IMG/VR virus record: IMGVR_UViG_3300042894_006198
Coordinates: 64,001-128,000 of that record
From: a virus
Length of the DNA: 64,000 nt
Direction: 5' to 3' (one strand)
Each line of letters starts with the position of its first letter. Position 1 is the first letter of the stretch. Shown here piece by piece: positions 10,802 to 21,158 of the stretch. The notes beneath the pieces were generated by a model. That model saw only the letters and a program-made list of their open reading frames with translations, made no database searches and had not been told where the DNA came from. Made by a program: the position numbers and the translations under genes.

Positions 10802-11609
10802 AGGCATTGTTATTGTAGCACAAAATAATACCACTACAGATTATGTAGCTTGTGCTAGGGTATTAGCAAAAAGTATTAAAAAAACGAACCCTAATTTATC
10901 AGTGTCAGTTATAACAAATAATATTAGTGAAGCCGATCATCCTATATTCGATTATATTATACCATTCCCATATGAAAATACTTCAACTGAAGAATGGAAA
11001 TTATCATATGATTGGCAAGTATATGAAGCTAGTCCATATGATGAGACTATAAAAATCGAAAGTGATGTATTAATTACAAGAGATATTTCAGATTGGTGGG
11101 AAATTTGTGGATCACGACAATTAGTAATAGCACAAGGGTGCATGGATTATAAAAATAAAGATTCAACTTCTAGGTTTTATCGTAATTTTTTTGACAAAAA
11201 TGAATTACCTGATGTGTATAATGGTTTGGTATATTTTAATAAAACAGACTTAGTTCAAAAATTTTTTATGATTATTAAAGATATCTATACTAATTGGGAA
11301 CAATACAGAGATGCATTAGCGTATTGTGCATCTAGTGAAACACCAACTAATGATATTGCTTATGCAATAGCCACCAATATTATTGGTGAAGAAAATGCAT
11401 TATTACCAAAATCTGTCAATCCTTTAAAATGGGTTCATATGAAACCAAGAATAATTAATGTAATGAGTAATGATTGGACAAGAGAATGTTTTTTTGAAAT
11501 ATTAAAGTGCGGACAAGTAAGGATTAATAGTTATACGCAATACTACCCAATTCATTATGTTTATAAAGATTTAGCTAAAAAGTTTGAAAAATATTATGAC
11601 AACGATTGA
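10794..11609 (+). CDS. Glycosyltransferase-like protein, paralog of the upstream gene
   Basis: KGIVIVA, YEASPYDETIKIESD, TNDIAYAIA; motifs collinear with 10007..10801. Confidence 0.7.
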   Translation: MDKGIVIVAQNNTTTDYVACARVLAKSIKKTNPNLSVSVITNNISEADHPIFDYIIPFPYENTSTEEWKLSYDWQVYEASPYDETIKIESDVLITRDISDWWEICGSRQLVIAQGCMDYKNKDSTSRFYRNFFDKNELPDVYNGLVYFNKTDLVQKFFMIIKDIYTNWEQYRDALAYCASSETPTNDIAYAIATNIIGEENALLPKSVNPLKWVHMKPRIINVMSNDWTRECFFEILKCGQVRINSYTQYYPIHYVYKDLAKKFEKYYDND

Positions 11610-11952
11610 AGATATTATAAAAGCGTTTGCGTTATTAAAAGATACTCAGCCAATTACTTACGAGTACAGATTGTACTATGATGAAACCAATGGGTTACCA
11701 ATAAAATATTCAGTCGAAAAAGAGTACGGATCTTATATTACAATTAGCAAAAAAGATTATGATATAGCTAGTTTTTTAGTGCGAGTGGTAAATGGCAGAT
11801 TGATACATCCTGTTCACCCACGTTTTTTAATTATGCATGAATCAACAGGTGGATTTACTGTAGATCCGTATGATTGGACAGTATTAGTTGATCCTGAAGA
11901 ACCACATATCTTTATCGATAGCGTAAAGGTAGAAGACATTCAGAATGAGTGA
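11596..11952 (+). CDS. Hypothetical protein
   Basis: EYRLYYD motif; overlaps both neighbours. Confidence 0.6.
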   Translation: MTTIEDIIKAFALLKDTQPITYEYRLYYDETNGLPIKYSVEKEYGSYITISKKDYDIASFLVRVVNGRLIHPVHPRFLIMHESTGGFTVDPYDWTVLVDPEEPHIFIDSVKVEDIQNE

Positions 11953-12874
11953 ATCGATAATTGATGTTGCAGATTTAGATGTTATATACTTAAGCTATGA
12001 TGAACCACAAAAAGAAGAATTTTGGCTTAAGATTAAACATATGGTTCATTGGGCAAAACGTGTCGATAATGTTTATGGCAGTGATGCGGCTCATAAAGCA
12101 GCAGCCATAGTCAGCGAAACTGAAAGGTTTATTCTTATTGATGGTGATAATTTGCCTCACGAAGATTTTTTCAATCTACAGTTTACCATAGACGAATATA
12201 ATCACCAAGCACAATTTAGATGGCGAGCAAAAAACCATGTTAATAATTTATACTATGGTAATGGTGGTTTAAGTTCATGGACACGTGACTTTGTTCTTAA
12301 TATGAAAACACATGAAAATAGTTTAGGTGATACACGAACAAATATAGAATTTTGTTTTGATCCGTTATATTGGCCTATGCATGATTGCTATAGTACAACT
12401 TATATTAATTATACACCTAAGCAAGCATGGCGAGCAGGGTTTCGTGAAGGTGTAAAATTGTGTACACGTGGTGGTGAAATCCCCCCATCACCTAAAGAGT
12501 TTATTGAATACCTATGGCCTAAAAACTTAAAAAATTTATCAATATGGTATAACCTAGGTCGAGATGTTGAAAATGGTTGGTGGGCAATGTATGGTGCACG
12601 TATGGGTACCTATTACTTAATGTTAAGAGATTGGGATCATACATTAGTTCGTGATTTTAAATATTTAGATGAGCTATGGGTTGAAACAGCTTATTCAACT
12701 GAAGAAGATTGCATACGATTGGGTGAGATATTAAAACATGATCTCGGAATCGATATTGTTGAATTTAATGCAAAACAAAGTAAATTTTTTAAAGATTATA
12801 TTAGTAACAATTGGTTTAATCGTGGATGCATGGTAAAAGAAATTGATGTTATAAGAGAATTGGAGGGATGGTAA
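11945..12874 (+). CDS. Glycosyltransferase-like protein
   Basis: DVIYLSYDEP, AHKAAA, IDGD (DxD motif), AWRAGFREGVKL. Confidence 0.7.
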   Translation: MSESIIDVADLDVIYLSYDEPQKEEFWLKIKHMVHWAKRVDNVYGSDAAHKAAAIVSETERFILIDGDNLPHEDFFNLQFTIDEYNHQAQFRWRAKNHVNNLYYGNGGLSSWTRDFVLNMKTHENSLGDTRTNIEFCFDPLYWPMHDCYSTTYINYTPKQAWRAGFREGVKLCTRGGEIPPSPKEFIEYLWPKNLKNLSIWYNLGRDVENGWWAMYGARMGTYYLMLRDWDHTLVRDFKYLDELWVETAYSTEEDCIRLGEILKHDLGIDIVEFNAKQSKFFKDYISNNWFNRGCMVKEIDVIRELEGW

Positions 12875-13569
12875 TGCATCATCGTATATGTATCATAGGC
12901 ATCCCACGATGCGGAAGCCAATATGCTGTAGAATTAATCAAGCACAATGTAAAACACAACTTTTTTGATTTGGTTGAGCCATATACACATAGTTTGCCAC
13001 AAATAAATATTGACGAAAACAAACAGCTTTTTATTGAACCTACTCAATTTAACATTGATTCACATGAGGAAAGAATAAAATATACAAGTCGTATGCTTAA
13101 AGAAGGAGATCAAAATCAACCTCTTATTATGCGATTGTTTTTAGTTTATGAAATTGAAAAAATGTTATTTGATGTAATATCAGATGTACAAAATTGTAAC
13201 TTTCAATTTGTTATATTAAGAAGAAAAAATATTGAACATCAAATATTAAGTATGGGAATAGCTGATGCTAGAAACCAATACACTTTATTTCATCACGACA
13301 AATATCCAACTGAACCTGTGATGGTTACAAATTATAAGTTAATGTCTTGGTTGTATAGAAATCATCTAATGTTTGAACAACGTGTTACTGAAAATGATAT
13401 TGAAGGTATACCGTTAACCTATGAAACCGCTGTAGAAGATTTAGCCAAAGTATTAGATCAACCCATAAATATTTGTTTACCAATCAAAAAACAAATCGTT
13501 ACTGATCCTTATGATCAAATTATTAACAAAGATGAAGTAAAAGCATTCATTCAAAGTTTAATTAAATGA
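12868..13569 (+). CDS. Sulfotransferase-family protein (Stf0-like)
   Basis: IIGIPRCGSQ (5'-PSB loop), ILRRKN...Q.LS (3'-PB), LTYE. Confidence 0.65.
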   Translation: MVMHHRICIIGIPRCGSQYAVELIKHNVKHNFFDLVEPYTHSLPQINIDENKQLFIEPTQFNIDSHEERIKYTSRMLKEGDQNQPLIMRLFLVYEIEKMLFDVISDVQNCNFQFVILRRKNIEHQILSMGIADARNQYTLFHHDKYPTEPVMVTNYKLMSWLYRNHLMFEQRVTENDIEGIPLTYETAVEDLAKVLDQPINICLPIKKQIVTDPYDQIINKDEVKAFIQSLIK

Positions 13570-14519
13570 CCAAAAAGTATATTAAGTTAGTACACAATAA
13601 CCCTGATCATGAAAATTGGTTTGTGGTAAATTGGTGTATAGGTAATACATGCAACTATAGCTGCAGCTATTGTCCAAGTGGTTTACATGATGGTAGTAAA
13701 GCATGGCCTGATCCAAACACCGTTAAACAATTTATAGCACGTCTTGCTGAACAAACATTTCCTAAAAATCTTTATTTTGAATTTACAGGTGGAGAAGTTA
13801 CTCTATGGAAATACTTTACTGATATTTGCCAATTCTGTAAAGATCTTAATATTAAGATTGGCTTGATCAGTAATGGCAGCAGAACTATACGCTATTGGGA
13901 AGAAAATAAACATTACTTTGATCATATTTGTTTGTCATATCATCCTGAAGAAGCTAACTCAGAACACTTTGTCAATGTTGTAAAAACTGTGCACAAAGAG
14001 TTGCGAACTCATGTTAATATTATGATGAGTCCTGAAAAGTTTGACGAGTGTTATATTTTAGCTACTAAAATAAAAGAATTAGGTGATTTAAGCATTGCTT
14101 TACAGCCGTTGATACATGATTTTGGTGATACGCTATATGAATATACACCTGCTCAACATACTATTTTTGACAAGCAACACGAATTAATTGTAAAGCACAT
14201 TAAGTATACTAAAGACTTTCCATATTATCGTGGAGCTATGAGAAAAGTTTTTGAAGATGGCACATCAGAACCCATGTCAGCACAACGGTTTATCAACGAT
14301 AAAACAAACAATTGGCGAGATTGGGATTGTTATGCAGGGGTTGAACAAATTGTAGTAGATATGGATGGTCGTATTTTTAGAGGATGGTGTAAGGAAGGTG
14401 GATCGATAGGGCAAATCAATGATCCTAAATTAATGATACCTCAAGACCCAATCATTTGTAGCAAAACTATGTGCCATTGTAATTTTGATATTATGGCTAC
14501 TAAAGAATTAGTGGAATGA
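13566..14519 (+). CDS. Radical SAM enzyme with C-terminal SPASM/twitch-like Fe-S domain
   Basis: CNYSCSYC, TGGEVT, SNGS; C-terminal C.AG...DG....WC...C...C.C. Confidence 0.9.
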   Translation: MTKKYIKLVHNNPDHENWFVVNWCIGNTCNYSCSYCPSGLHDGSKAWPDPNTVKQFIARLAEQTFPKNLYFEFTGGEVTLWKYFTDICQFCKDLNIKIGLISNGSRTIRYWEENKHYFDHICLSYHPEEANSEHFVNVVKTVHKELRTHVNIMMSPEKFDECYILATKIKELGDLSIALQPLIHDFGDTLYEYTPAQHTIFDKQHELIVKHIKYTKDFPYYRGAMRKVFEDGTSEPMSAQRFINDKTNNWRDWDCYAGVEQIVVDMDGRIFRGWCKEGGSIGQINDPKLMIPQDPIICSKTMCHCNFDIMATKELVE

Positions 14520-15664
14520 GTAAATTTTGTATTTTACCATGGATTAATCTGACGATTGACGTTAATGGTAGCACAAGACCATGTTGTCGTTTTGAACAAC
14601 CACAACATCAAAATAAACACAAATTACCTTTCATTATGCAAGATAGGTTAGATAAGGTTTATAACAATGACAGTTGGCAACAATTACGCCAAGCATTTTT
14701 AAATGGTGAAAAACCAACGGAGTGTCGTTCATGTTGGGATGACGAAAAAAGTGGTATACCAAGCTATAGAGAAGTATTTGTACAATCAAAATTTGTGGAC
14801 GTAAGTAAAGTTGATGTAAATTCTTTAACTGTAGAAGCACCATTAACATTAGATTTAAAACTTAACAATGTATGCAATTTAAAATGTAGAATATGTAGTC
14901 CACAACAATCATCAACCTATGCTAAAGAATTTAAACTGTTATATAATATTACCTACCCTAATGCTGATTATTATCCACAAGATAAAATAACTAATACTCA
15001 ACACGAAGAAGTTATAGCAAAATGGGGAGAAACTGTTCAACATATTGAAATGTCAGGTGGCGAACCCATGAATAGCCCCGAAAATGTAAAAGTGTTAAAA
15101 TTAATTAATGAAAAAAGTGATCTTAAAAATAAAACTATACTAATTAATACAAATGTTACAAAATGGAATAAACAGCTAATTGATTATCTTACCATGTTCA
15201 AAAAATCTATTATTTGTTTAAGTGTCGATGATTTATACGATAGACAAGAATACCACAGATTCCCTAGTAAATGGGACAATATTATTGAAAATATTGATAA
15301 ATTTATAGCATTACGTGATGAATTCCCTAATGTAGAGTTATTATTGTTTTGCACAGTAAGCAACTTTAACGTATATTATGTTCCTGAATATAAAGTATGG
15401 GCTGATAGTAAAAAATTACCTGTACATTGGAACATGTTACATTCTAACCCAAAATATTGTATACATAATTTACCAACATTAGCAAAGTCAAGAGTAAAAG
15501 ATAAACTAACAGATTTTCCTGATATTGTAAACTTTATGATGTTGCCACAAGAAGATGAACATTGGCAAGAATTTATTGATGAGTTAGAAATTCTTGATGA
15601 GCATCGTGGACAGAATTTTGATGAAACATTTGCTGAGTGGAGCGAAATAATTGGTAGGTATTAA
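14516..15664 (+). CDS. Radical SAM enzyme with N-terminal twitch/SPASM domain
   Basis: FCILPW...PCC...C..CW followed by CNLKCRIC, SGGEP, NTN. Confidence 0.9.
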   Translation: MSKFCILPWINLTIDVNGSTRPCCRFEQPQHQNKHKLPFIMQDRLDKVYNNDSWQQLRQAFLNGEKPTECRSCWDDEKSGIPSYREVFVQSKFVDVSKVDVNSLTVEAPLTLDLKLNNVCNLKCRICSPQQSSTYAKEFKLLYNITYPNADYYPQDKITNTQHEEVIAKWGETVQHIEMSGGEPMNSPENVKVLKLINEKSDLKNKTILINTNVTKWNKQLIDYLTMFKKSIICLSVDDLYDRQEYHRFPSKWDNIIENIDKFIALRDEFPNVELLLFCTVSNFNVYYVPEYKVWADSKKLPVHWNMLHSNPKYCIHNLPTLAKSRVKDKLTDFPDIVNFMMLPQEDEHWQEFIDELEILDEHRGQNFDETFAEWSEIIGRY

Positions 15665-17019
15665 CCATCTAACCAAACTTTAAATTCAGGAAATGTTTTA
15701 AGAAAATTAGTATTTCTTCTATCATCTAATTCAGTAAAAAATACAAAAACTTCCTCACCCTTATCGAACATGTTAAAGATATTTTGGTTCTTTTTAATTG
15801 CGTCTTGTGTTTGTTTTAAAAAGAAAAGAAATTCTTTCCATACATTAATAACTGATTGCCCTTCAAATTGTGGATCATTAATAAGTTCATTAAAGATTTG
15901 CAATGGTTGATCAAGATATGCTGCATATTCTCTAGGTGCAATAGTTGGACTTTGTTCTTTAGGCCAAGTTACAATATTACGATGAATATCAATAGGGTAA
16001 TATTTTTTACAACATGCTGCAAAATATTCAACATACTTATAAAATGATGGCAATCCTAACAAGTTTAAACATGGCATAAAATTGATTTTGACTAAGTCAG
16101 GTTTTGAAAGTAAGGTTTCTAAATTGTTTTTAAATCGATCCCATTTTACACCGTAGCGAATATATTCTAATTCTTCGCCAATATTTTCACCGCTTACTTG
16201 TACAATGACATTAAAGTATTGATTTAATATAGGTAAATAATTTAAAAACTTATTAAAATAAGATGGTGGCGTATTCATGTTGGTTGTAATGCATAACTCA
16301 ATTTTATCAACAGTGGTATCGTTTGACAAATTAATTGTAGGTTCACGCACTGTATTGCTATGAATTTCAATAAGTTTATCTAAACATTCATATAATAAAT
16401 CAGTTATTAACGGTTCGCCACCTATAAAACCAAACCTAGTTAAATGTTTAATGCCTGTTGTTTTATACCATTCCCAAAATAATTTTTCAGCTTCTTTTTT
16501 ACGTTCGCCCAATTGACTTGTATCTCTTGTCATAGGTATATTATATTTTTTCTTTTCTGCATACCATTGTGTACTATAATGTTCGCTACAGTAAGTACAT
16601 TTTGCGTCACATGTATTATTCAAAACTATTTCAATAATACTAGCATACGTGCTACGGGTAAGATTTGGAATGTTTTTTAGATCCTCTTTGTTTTGTGGCT
16701 CAAATCCTGTATTACGTTCCATATATTTTTCAAACATGTAATCATTTCTAGAGCTTTCAAACCCCTTATTTTCAAGTTGCCAACATGTATGACAATCATT
16801 ATGTTGCACGTTTGATAATAAGCTTTTACGTCTTTCTACATGTTCAGGTAGATTACTAAACAAATCTTGCCCTAATGATTTGCACATTTCATCTGTAATA
16901 CGTGTGCGTTTTAATGTTCTGCAGCAATAAGTAAAACTTGGTTCACTTATATAAAACATGAGATAATCCCAAGCATAACGACACAATGTGTCAGGACGTT
17001 GAGGATAAATGGGAATCAT
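15661..17019 (-). CDS. Radical SAM enzyme with N-terminal twitch/SPASM domain
   Basis: LCRYAW...YCC...C..CW followed by CDAKCTYC, IGGEP, TTN, EYIRYG. Confidence 0.9.
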   Translation of the reverse strand: MIPIYPQRPDTLCRYAWDYLMFYISEPSFTYCCRTLKRTRITDEMCKSLGQDLFSNLPEHVERRKSLLSNVQHNDCHTCWQLENKGFESSRNDYMFEKYMERNTGFEPQNKEDLKNIPNLTRSTYASIIEIVLNNTCDAKCTYCSEHYSTQWYAEKKKYNIPMTRDTSQLGERKKEAEKLFWEWYKTTGIKHLTRFGFIGGEPLITDLLYECLDKLIEIHSNTVREPTINLSNDTTVDKIELCITTNMNTPPSYFNKFLNYLPILNQYFNVIVQVSGENIGEELEYIRYGVKWDRFKNNLETLLSKPDLVKINFMPCLNLLGLPSFYKYVEYFAACCKKYYPIDIHRNIVTWPKEQSPTIAPREYAAYLDQPLQIFNELINDPQFEGQSVINVWKEFLFFLKQTQDAIKKNQNIFNMFDKGEEVFVFFTELDDRRNTNFLKTFPEFKVWLDG

Positions 17020-18071
17020 TTACGGTCACCAAATAATACGTAATGTTCAGGTGCGTATCCTTCCATAATTTCAGCACCACTATCATCTTCAGGTATAGAA
17101 AACTTATTATTCATGCTACCCCGTATAGGAACAATTGCCCATGTACATAATTCTTTGAACATAGGTATTTGTTTTAATTCTTCTTCCAAACTTAATGTTT
17201 CCTCGACGTATTGTGGTGGCATCATAAATTTTACTTCTAGGTGACCTATGTTCTGATTATTGTTTTTTACTTTTTCATCTGTGATAGCTTCTACTACTTT
17301 TACAAATTTTGCACGATCATAAAATTCAAAGTGCACTGATAAGTTCAAATTGCCATAATGAATAATTTCACGATAGTATTCAGGTTTACGTGAGCCATTA
17401 CTATGTAAGCTTATATGATGACCAAAAGCGTTTAAATATCGTAACCAATCTAAAAAGTCTTTATTGGTAGTAGGTTCACCACCACTTATAATAAAGTTTA
17501 CACTTTCACCGTTCATGAATTTTTCTTCAAGTAAATTTGTAGCTTTAATTAAGTCAGCTAATGGTTTATGTGGGTCAGTATTATTGTGTATCCAAGGCCA
17601 ACAGTACGAACAATCATAATTACATCTTCTACCAATTTCCCAATAAATTTGTTTTTGGCTGCTTGCATGAGTACGTTCCATAGCAACAAATTCATTCATG
17701 GTTGGTTTATTTTTTTCCATGATAGTTGGTAATTCTTGACTTTGGCGCAGTAAAATGATTTGTTTTTCATTAACTGCTTTGGGGATAAACAAGTCTGCCC
17801 CACAACTACATACGTTTTTTGTACAATCAATCCATTCTGTAGGTACGTCAAATGTGTCCCATACACTGCCTAGTTTACCACCTACACGGCAACTTGCTGT
17901 CCATACGCCACCATCCATATCGATGAATAAGCTATCAACACCTGCGCCACATTTCCACCCTGTTAAGTAGTTTAGTTTTGCGCCAACAAGTTCATCTGTA
18001 CTCCAATCTCTCCAATGACCCATTTCATTATAGGTTCGTATAGGTTTTCCCGCTGTTTTGTGTAATGTCAT
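17016..18071 (-). CDS. Radical SAM enzyme, domain-permuted (SPASM-like domain N-terminal)
   Basis: WKCGAG...IDMDG...C...C...CSC precedes CNYDCSYC, SGGEPT, SNGS. Start chosen at the ATG below the minus-strand TATAAATA (18080-18087). Confidence 0.85.
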   Translation of the reverse strand: MTLHKTAGKPIRTYNEMGHWRDWSTDELVGAKLNYLTGWKCGAGVDSLFIDMDGGVWTASCRVGGKLGSVWDTFDVPTEWIDCTKNVCSCGADLFIPKAVNEKQIILLRQSQELPTIMEKNKPTMNEFVAMERTHASSQKQIYWEIGRRCNYDCSYCWPWIHNNTDPHKPLADLIKATNLLEEKFMNGESVNFIISGGEPTTNKDFLDWLRYLNAFGHHISLHSNGSRKPEYYREIIHYGNLNLSVHFEFYDRAKFVKVVEAITDEKVKNNNQNIGHLEVKFMMPPQYVEETLSLEEELKQIPMFKELCTWAIVPIRGSMNNKFSIPEDDSGAEIMEGYAPEHYVLFGDRK

Positions 18072-18079
18072 AGTAGGAT

Positions 18080-18112
18080 TATTTATAAAGAACAATGTTT
18101 GTTACTTAAATA
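18080..18112. promoter_or_regulatory. Back-to-back divergent T4-type late promoters
   Basis: TATAAATA on the minus strand (18080-18087) and TAAATA on the plus strand (18107-18112). Confidence 0.7.
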
Positions 18113-18117
18113 AAACT

Positions 18118-20505
18118 ATGGATGAAGAATATGAAATTGATCGTCGATATGAATTATGGCAACGTGGATATTGGGATATACCTAAAGATTTAGACACAAG
18201 TCAATTTAATTTTGATTGGCGACCTGATCCATACGATAAACCTTACACTCATGTTTTTGGTACACAATGGCAACCAAGTGGTGGACCACGCTTTGTTATT
18301 CCTGAAAGCATTGGGTATAAGTTTCAAAACAGTCAAATTGCTAAAAAACTACCAACAAAAAATAATTGGATTATACCTGATTCATTTAGTGGACAATTTG
18401 ATTATAGTTGGCATTATGATGAATTTATTGAGGCTATACATTATGAATGGAAATGTGGCGTAAAGTATGTACATCCTGATGGCATTGATACTATTTACTT
18501 AACTGAATATGATAATATCACGCCACCAATTTATGGTAAATTTTTAAGTGATGACATTGATCATTTAGTTGAAAAACAAATTAATAATTTTTGGGTACTT
18601 AATCCCTATTGTTCTTACAACCGATTTGATTTTGTATGGAAACCAAAAAGAATTGCAGAGTTACGTTATGTTAATGTTTTTGGTAACCAACATAGTCAAG
18701 ATTTAGGCATTAAATTTATAAATGTTGAAATGTACAAACGTGGGTACAAAGACTTAAACTATGTCAACAATGTAAACTTTTTCCTTGATACTAAATTGGA
18801 TATGTTTTATATCGATCATAGTAATAGTACATCAGAAATTAATTTTAATAATCTTAAATCAAGATATCCAAAAATTACTAAAGTCAGGTTTTTTGATAAT
18901 TGGGTAGACACTATTACAAGATGCGTAAGAAAAGCTACAACGCATCTTATTTGGATTGTCAATAGTTATTATGATTATACTAATTTTCAATTTGATTATT
19001 ATCCTGCACCATGGGATATGACCAATACACATGTATTTGGTACACAATGGAATGCATGGGGTAAAACTTTTTTAATTAACTGTAATCAATGGGACTTAGT
19101 TAAAAATGTCCAAGAAGTTGAAAATATACAACCAATTAAACTAATTGATAAAAAAGCAGAAATTAAAAATTGTAAATATGATAAATTACTGATTGATTTT
19201 GGTAATGAGCATAACTTAGATGCAACCTATACAGTACCTTATCAAGGTAGTTTTTTAAGCACGATTGATTATTGGTTAAAAAAAGAAAAGTATGTAACTA
19301 GTAAAAAGAATTATAAAGTGTGGGTTGTTAGCAGTATATGTGATTATGACAAGTTTGATTTTACTTACGAACCATTACCCTTTGATGAAAAACAATTACA
19401 TGTTTTTGCTACACAGTTTGATAATCAAAAAATACAATATGGTGATACGTTTTTATTAGATGTGAATGAGTTTGTTATAGTAAGATCTCTTTTTGATAAA
19501 CTTGAAGATTATACCTCAAATCTCAAGTTCGTTGATACATTAAACGTAAAACGGATGCAACATCCTGTAATATTACATGATTATGATTGTCATATTGACG
19601 CTATAAATTTACCTACAGAACCATTCCCTTATATTCAATTGCAAAACAATCAAGTAAAACATCTTGAACCAATAAATATGTGGGAATTTCCAACAATCAA
19701 AACTAATAATGATTCTACTTCAGTTTACGTGCCTACTCATGCACTATCTTATATGACAAAAGATTTATATGATTATGAACATGTTGTTAAACCTGTTCAA
19801 TTTTATGGTGGAGAACCGCTAGATATTGTTTACATTAGTAATGGTGAACCTAAAGCTGAGCAACACTATGAACATTTACAGGAAATTGTAACTAAAAAAG
19901 GTGCAAAAAATAGAATTATTAGAGTACAAGATGTAGTGGGTAGAGTTGCTGCTTATCATGCTGCTGCAAATATTAGTACAACAAGATGGTTTTTTGCAGT
20001 GTTTGCTAAGTTGCGAGTTAATCCAACTTTTGATTGGGGTTGGCAACCTGACCGTTTAAAAACACCACGTCACTATATTTTTACAGCTATTAATCCTGTT
20101 AACCGTTTGAACTATGGTCATCAAGCTATCATTGCTTATAACAAGAAATTAGTATTAGGTAACAATGGAATAGGATTAGATTTTACAATGGACAGCGATC
20201 ATGAAGTTGTCAACATGAATAGTGGTATAGCTATGTACAATACGGATTCGTGGACAACATGGAGAACTGCATTTCGTGAAGCAATTAAATTGCGTGATTT
20301 AGTTGATAAGGGTATTGACAACGATGCTGCTTATCGTTTAGAACGTTGGTGTAATGTAGGTATTGGCGAGTATGCAGCAGATAGTCAACGTGGTGCTGTA
20401 GATGGTATAGCTTATTGGGAAGAAGTTAATGGCGACTTTGATAAGTTAAAATTAAGTTATGATTGGGCTTGGTTGCGTAAAAGGTTTGAAATTAGATATA
20501 AATGA
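18118..20505 (+). CDS. Multi-repeat glycosyltransferase-like protein
   Basis: Repeated F.F.[WY].P.....HVF..Q units. C-terminal domain (DIVYISNGEP, AYHAAA, WRTAFREAIKL) is homologous to 11945..12874. Confidence 0.7.
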   Translation: MDEEYEIDRRYELWQRGYWDIPKDLDTSQFNFDWRPDPYDKPYTHVFGTQWQPSGGPRFVIPESIGYKFQNSQIAKKLPTKNNWIIPDSFSGQFDYSWHYDEFIEAIHYEWKCGVKYVHPDGIDTIYLTEYDNITPPIYGKFLSDDIDHLVEKQINNFWVLNPYCSYNRFDFVWKPKRIAELRYVNVFGNQHSQDLGIKFINVEMYKRGYKDLNYVNNVNFFLDTKLDMFYIDHSNSTSEINFNNLKSRYPKITKVRFFDNWVDTITRCVRKATTHLIWIVNSYYDYTNFQFDYYPAPWDMTNTHVFGTQWNAWGKTFLINCNQWDLVKNVQEVENIQPIKLIDKKAEIKNCKYDKLLIDFGNEHNLDATYTVPYQGSFLSTIDYWLKKEKYVTSKKNYKVWVVSSICDYDKFDFTYEPLPFDEKQLHVFATQFDNQKIQYGDTFLLDVNEFVIVRSLFDKLEDYTSNLKFVDTLNVKRMQHPVILHDYDCHIDAINLPTEPFPYIQLQNNQVKHLEPINMWEFPTIKTNNDSTSVYVPTHALSYMTKDLYDYEHVVKPVQFYGGEPLDIVYISNGEPKAEQHYEHLQEIVTKKGAKNRIIRVQDVVGRVAAYHAAANISTTRWFFAVFAKLRVNPTFDWGWQPDRLKTPRHYIFTAINPVNRLNYGHQAIIAYNKKLVLGNNGIGLDFTMDSDHEVVNMNSGIAMYNTDSWTTWRTAFREAIKLRDLVDKGIDNDAAYRLERWCNVGIGEYAADSQRGAVDGIAYWEEVNGDFDKLKLSYDWAWLRKRFEIRYK

Positions 20506-20562
20506 TATTTGTTTGGCTTGACAATTTCCCTAAATAATGTCATACGACATGTGGAGGTTACC

Positions 20563-20892
20563 ATGAAATATTTTCTTATTGGTTTATTAACGTTTTTGGG
20601 TTTAACATATGCTAATACTACTTACGCAAATGGGTACCATCATGGGCATAGAATTCAGCAAAGACATTGGCATCATCACCATCCACACCATGTCCACAGA
20701 CCAAATTGGATAGCACCTGCTATTATTGGTGGAGTTGTTACCTATGCTTTGACAAGACCTTATATAGTTGAACAGCAGCCTGTGGTAGTACAACAAATTC
20801 CACAACCTGCTGTAGTACATTGTACAGAATGGCGTGAAGTTATGCAACCAAATGGTGCTATTGTACAAGAAAGAACATGTAGTCAACAATAA
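20563..20892 (+). CDS. Secreted/periplasmic His-rich small protein
   Basis: GGAGG SD, signal peptide, His-rich tract, WIAPAIIGG, C...C pair. Confidence 0.65.
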   Translation: MKYFLIGLLTFLGLTYANTTYANGYHHGHRIQQRHWHHHHPHHVHRPNWIAPAIIGGVVTYALTRPYIVEQQPVVVQQIPQPAVVHCTEWREVMQPNGAIVQERTCSQQ

Positions 20893-21014
20893 TGTACGAA
20901 TTATTTTTATTTTTATTTACAATAGTAGGTTTATGGTTTATAGAAGATATATACTTACCTACACAAAAGATTGATCTTACCATAAATGATGAAGTATATA
21001 AAGGATGGTATTGA
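20892..21014 (+). CDS. Single-TM microprotein (40 aa)
   Basis: TAATG coupling to the upstream stop; hydrophobic N-terminus. Confidence 0.45.
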   Translation: MYELFLFLFTIVGLWFIEDIYLPTQKIDLTINDEVYKGWY

Positions 21015-21015
21015 T

Positions 21016-21099
21016 ATGGTAGATCCTGATGATAAATCGACAACGGTTTGGTTTTTTATTATTATTGTAAGTTTTATTGCAGCAATTATTCTAACGTAA
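21016..21099 (+). CDS. Single-TM microprotein (27 aa)
   Basis: Starts just after the previous stop; WFFIIIVSFIAAIIL. Confidence 0.4.
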   Translation: MVDPDDKSTTVWFFIIIVSFIAAIILT

Positions 21100-21158
21100 A
21101 AAATCTTTCGTCCTCACAACGTGAGTAAATATTTTTTACCACTTAAAGGAAATAATCA

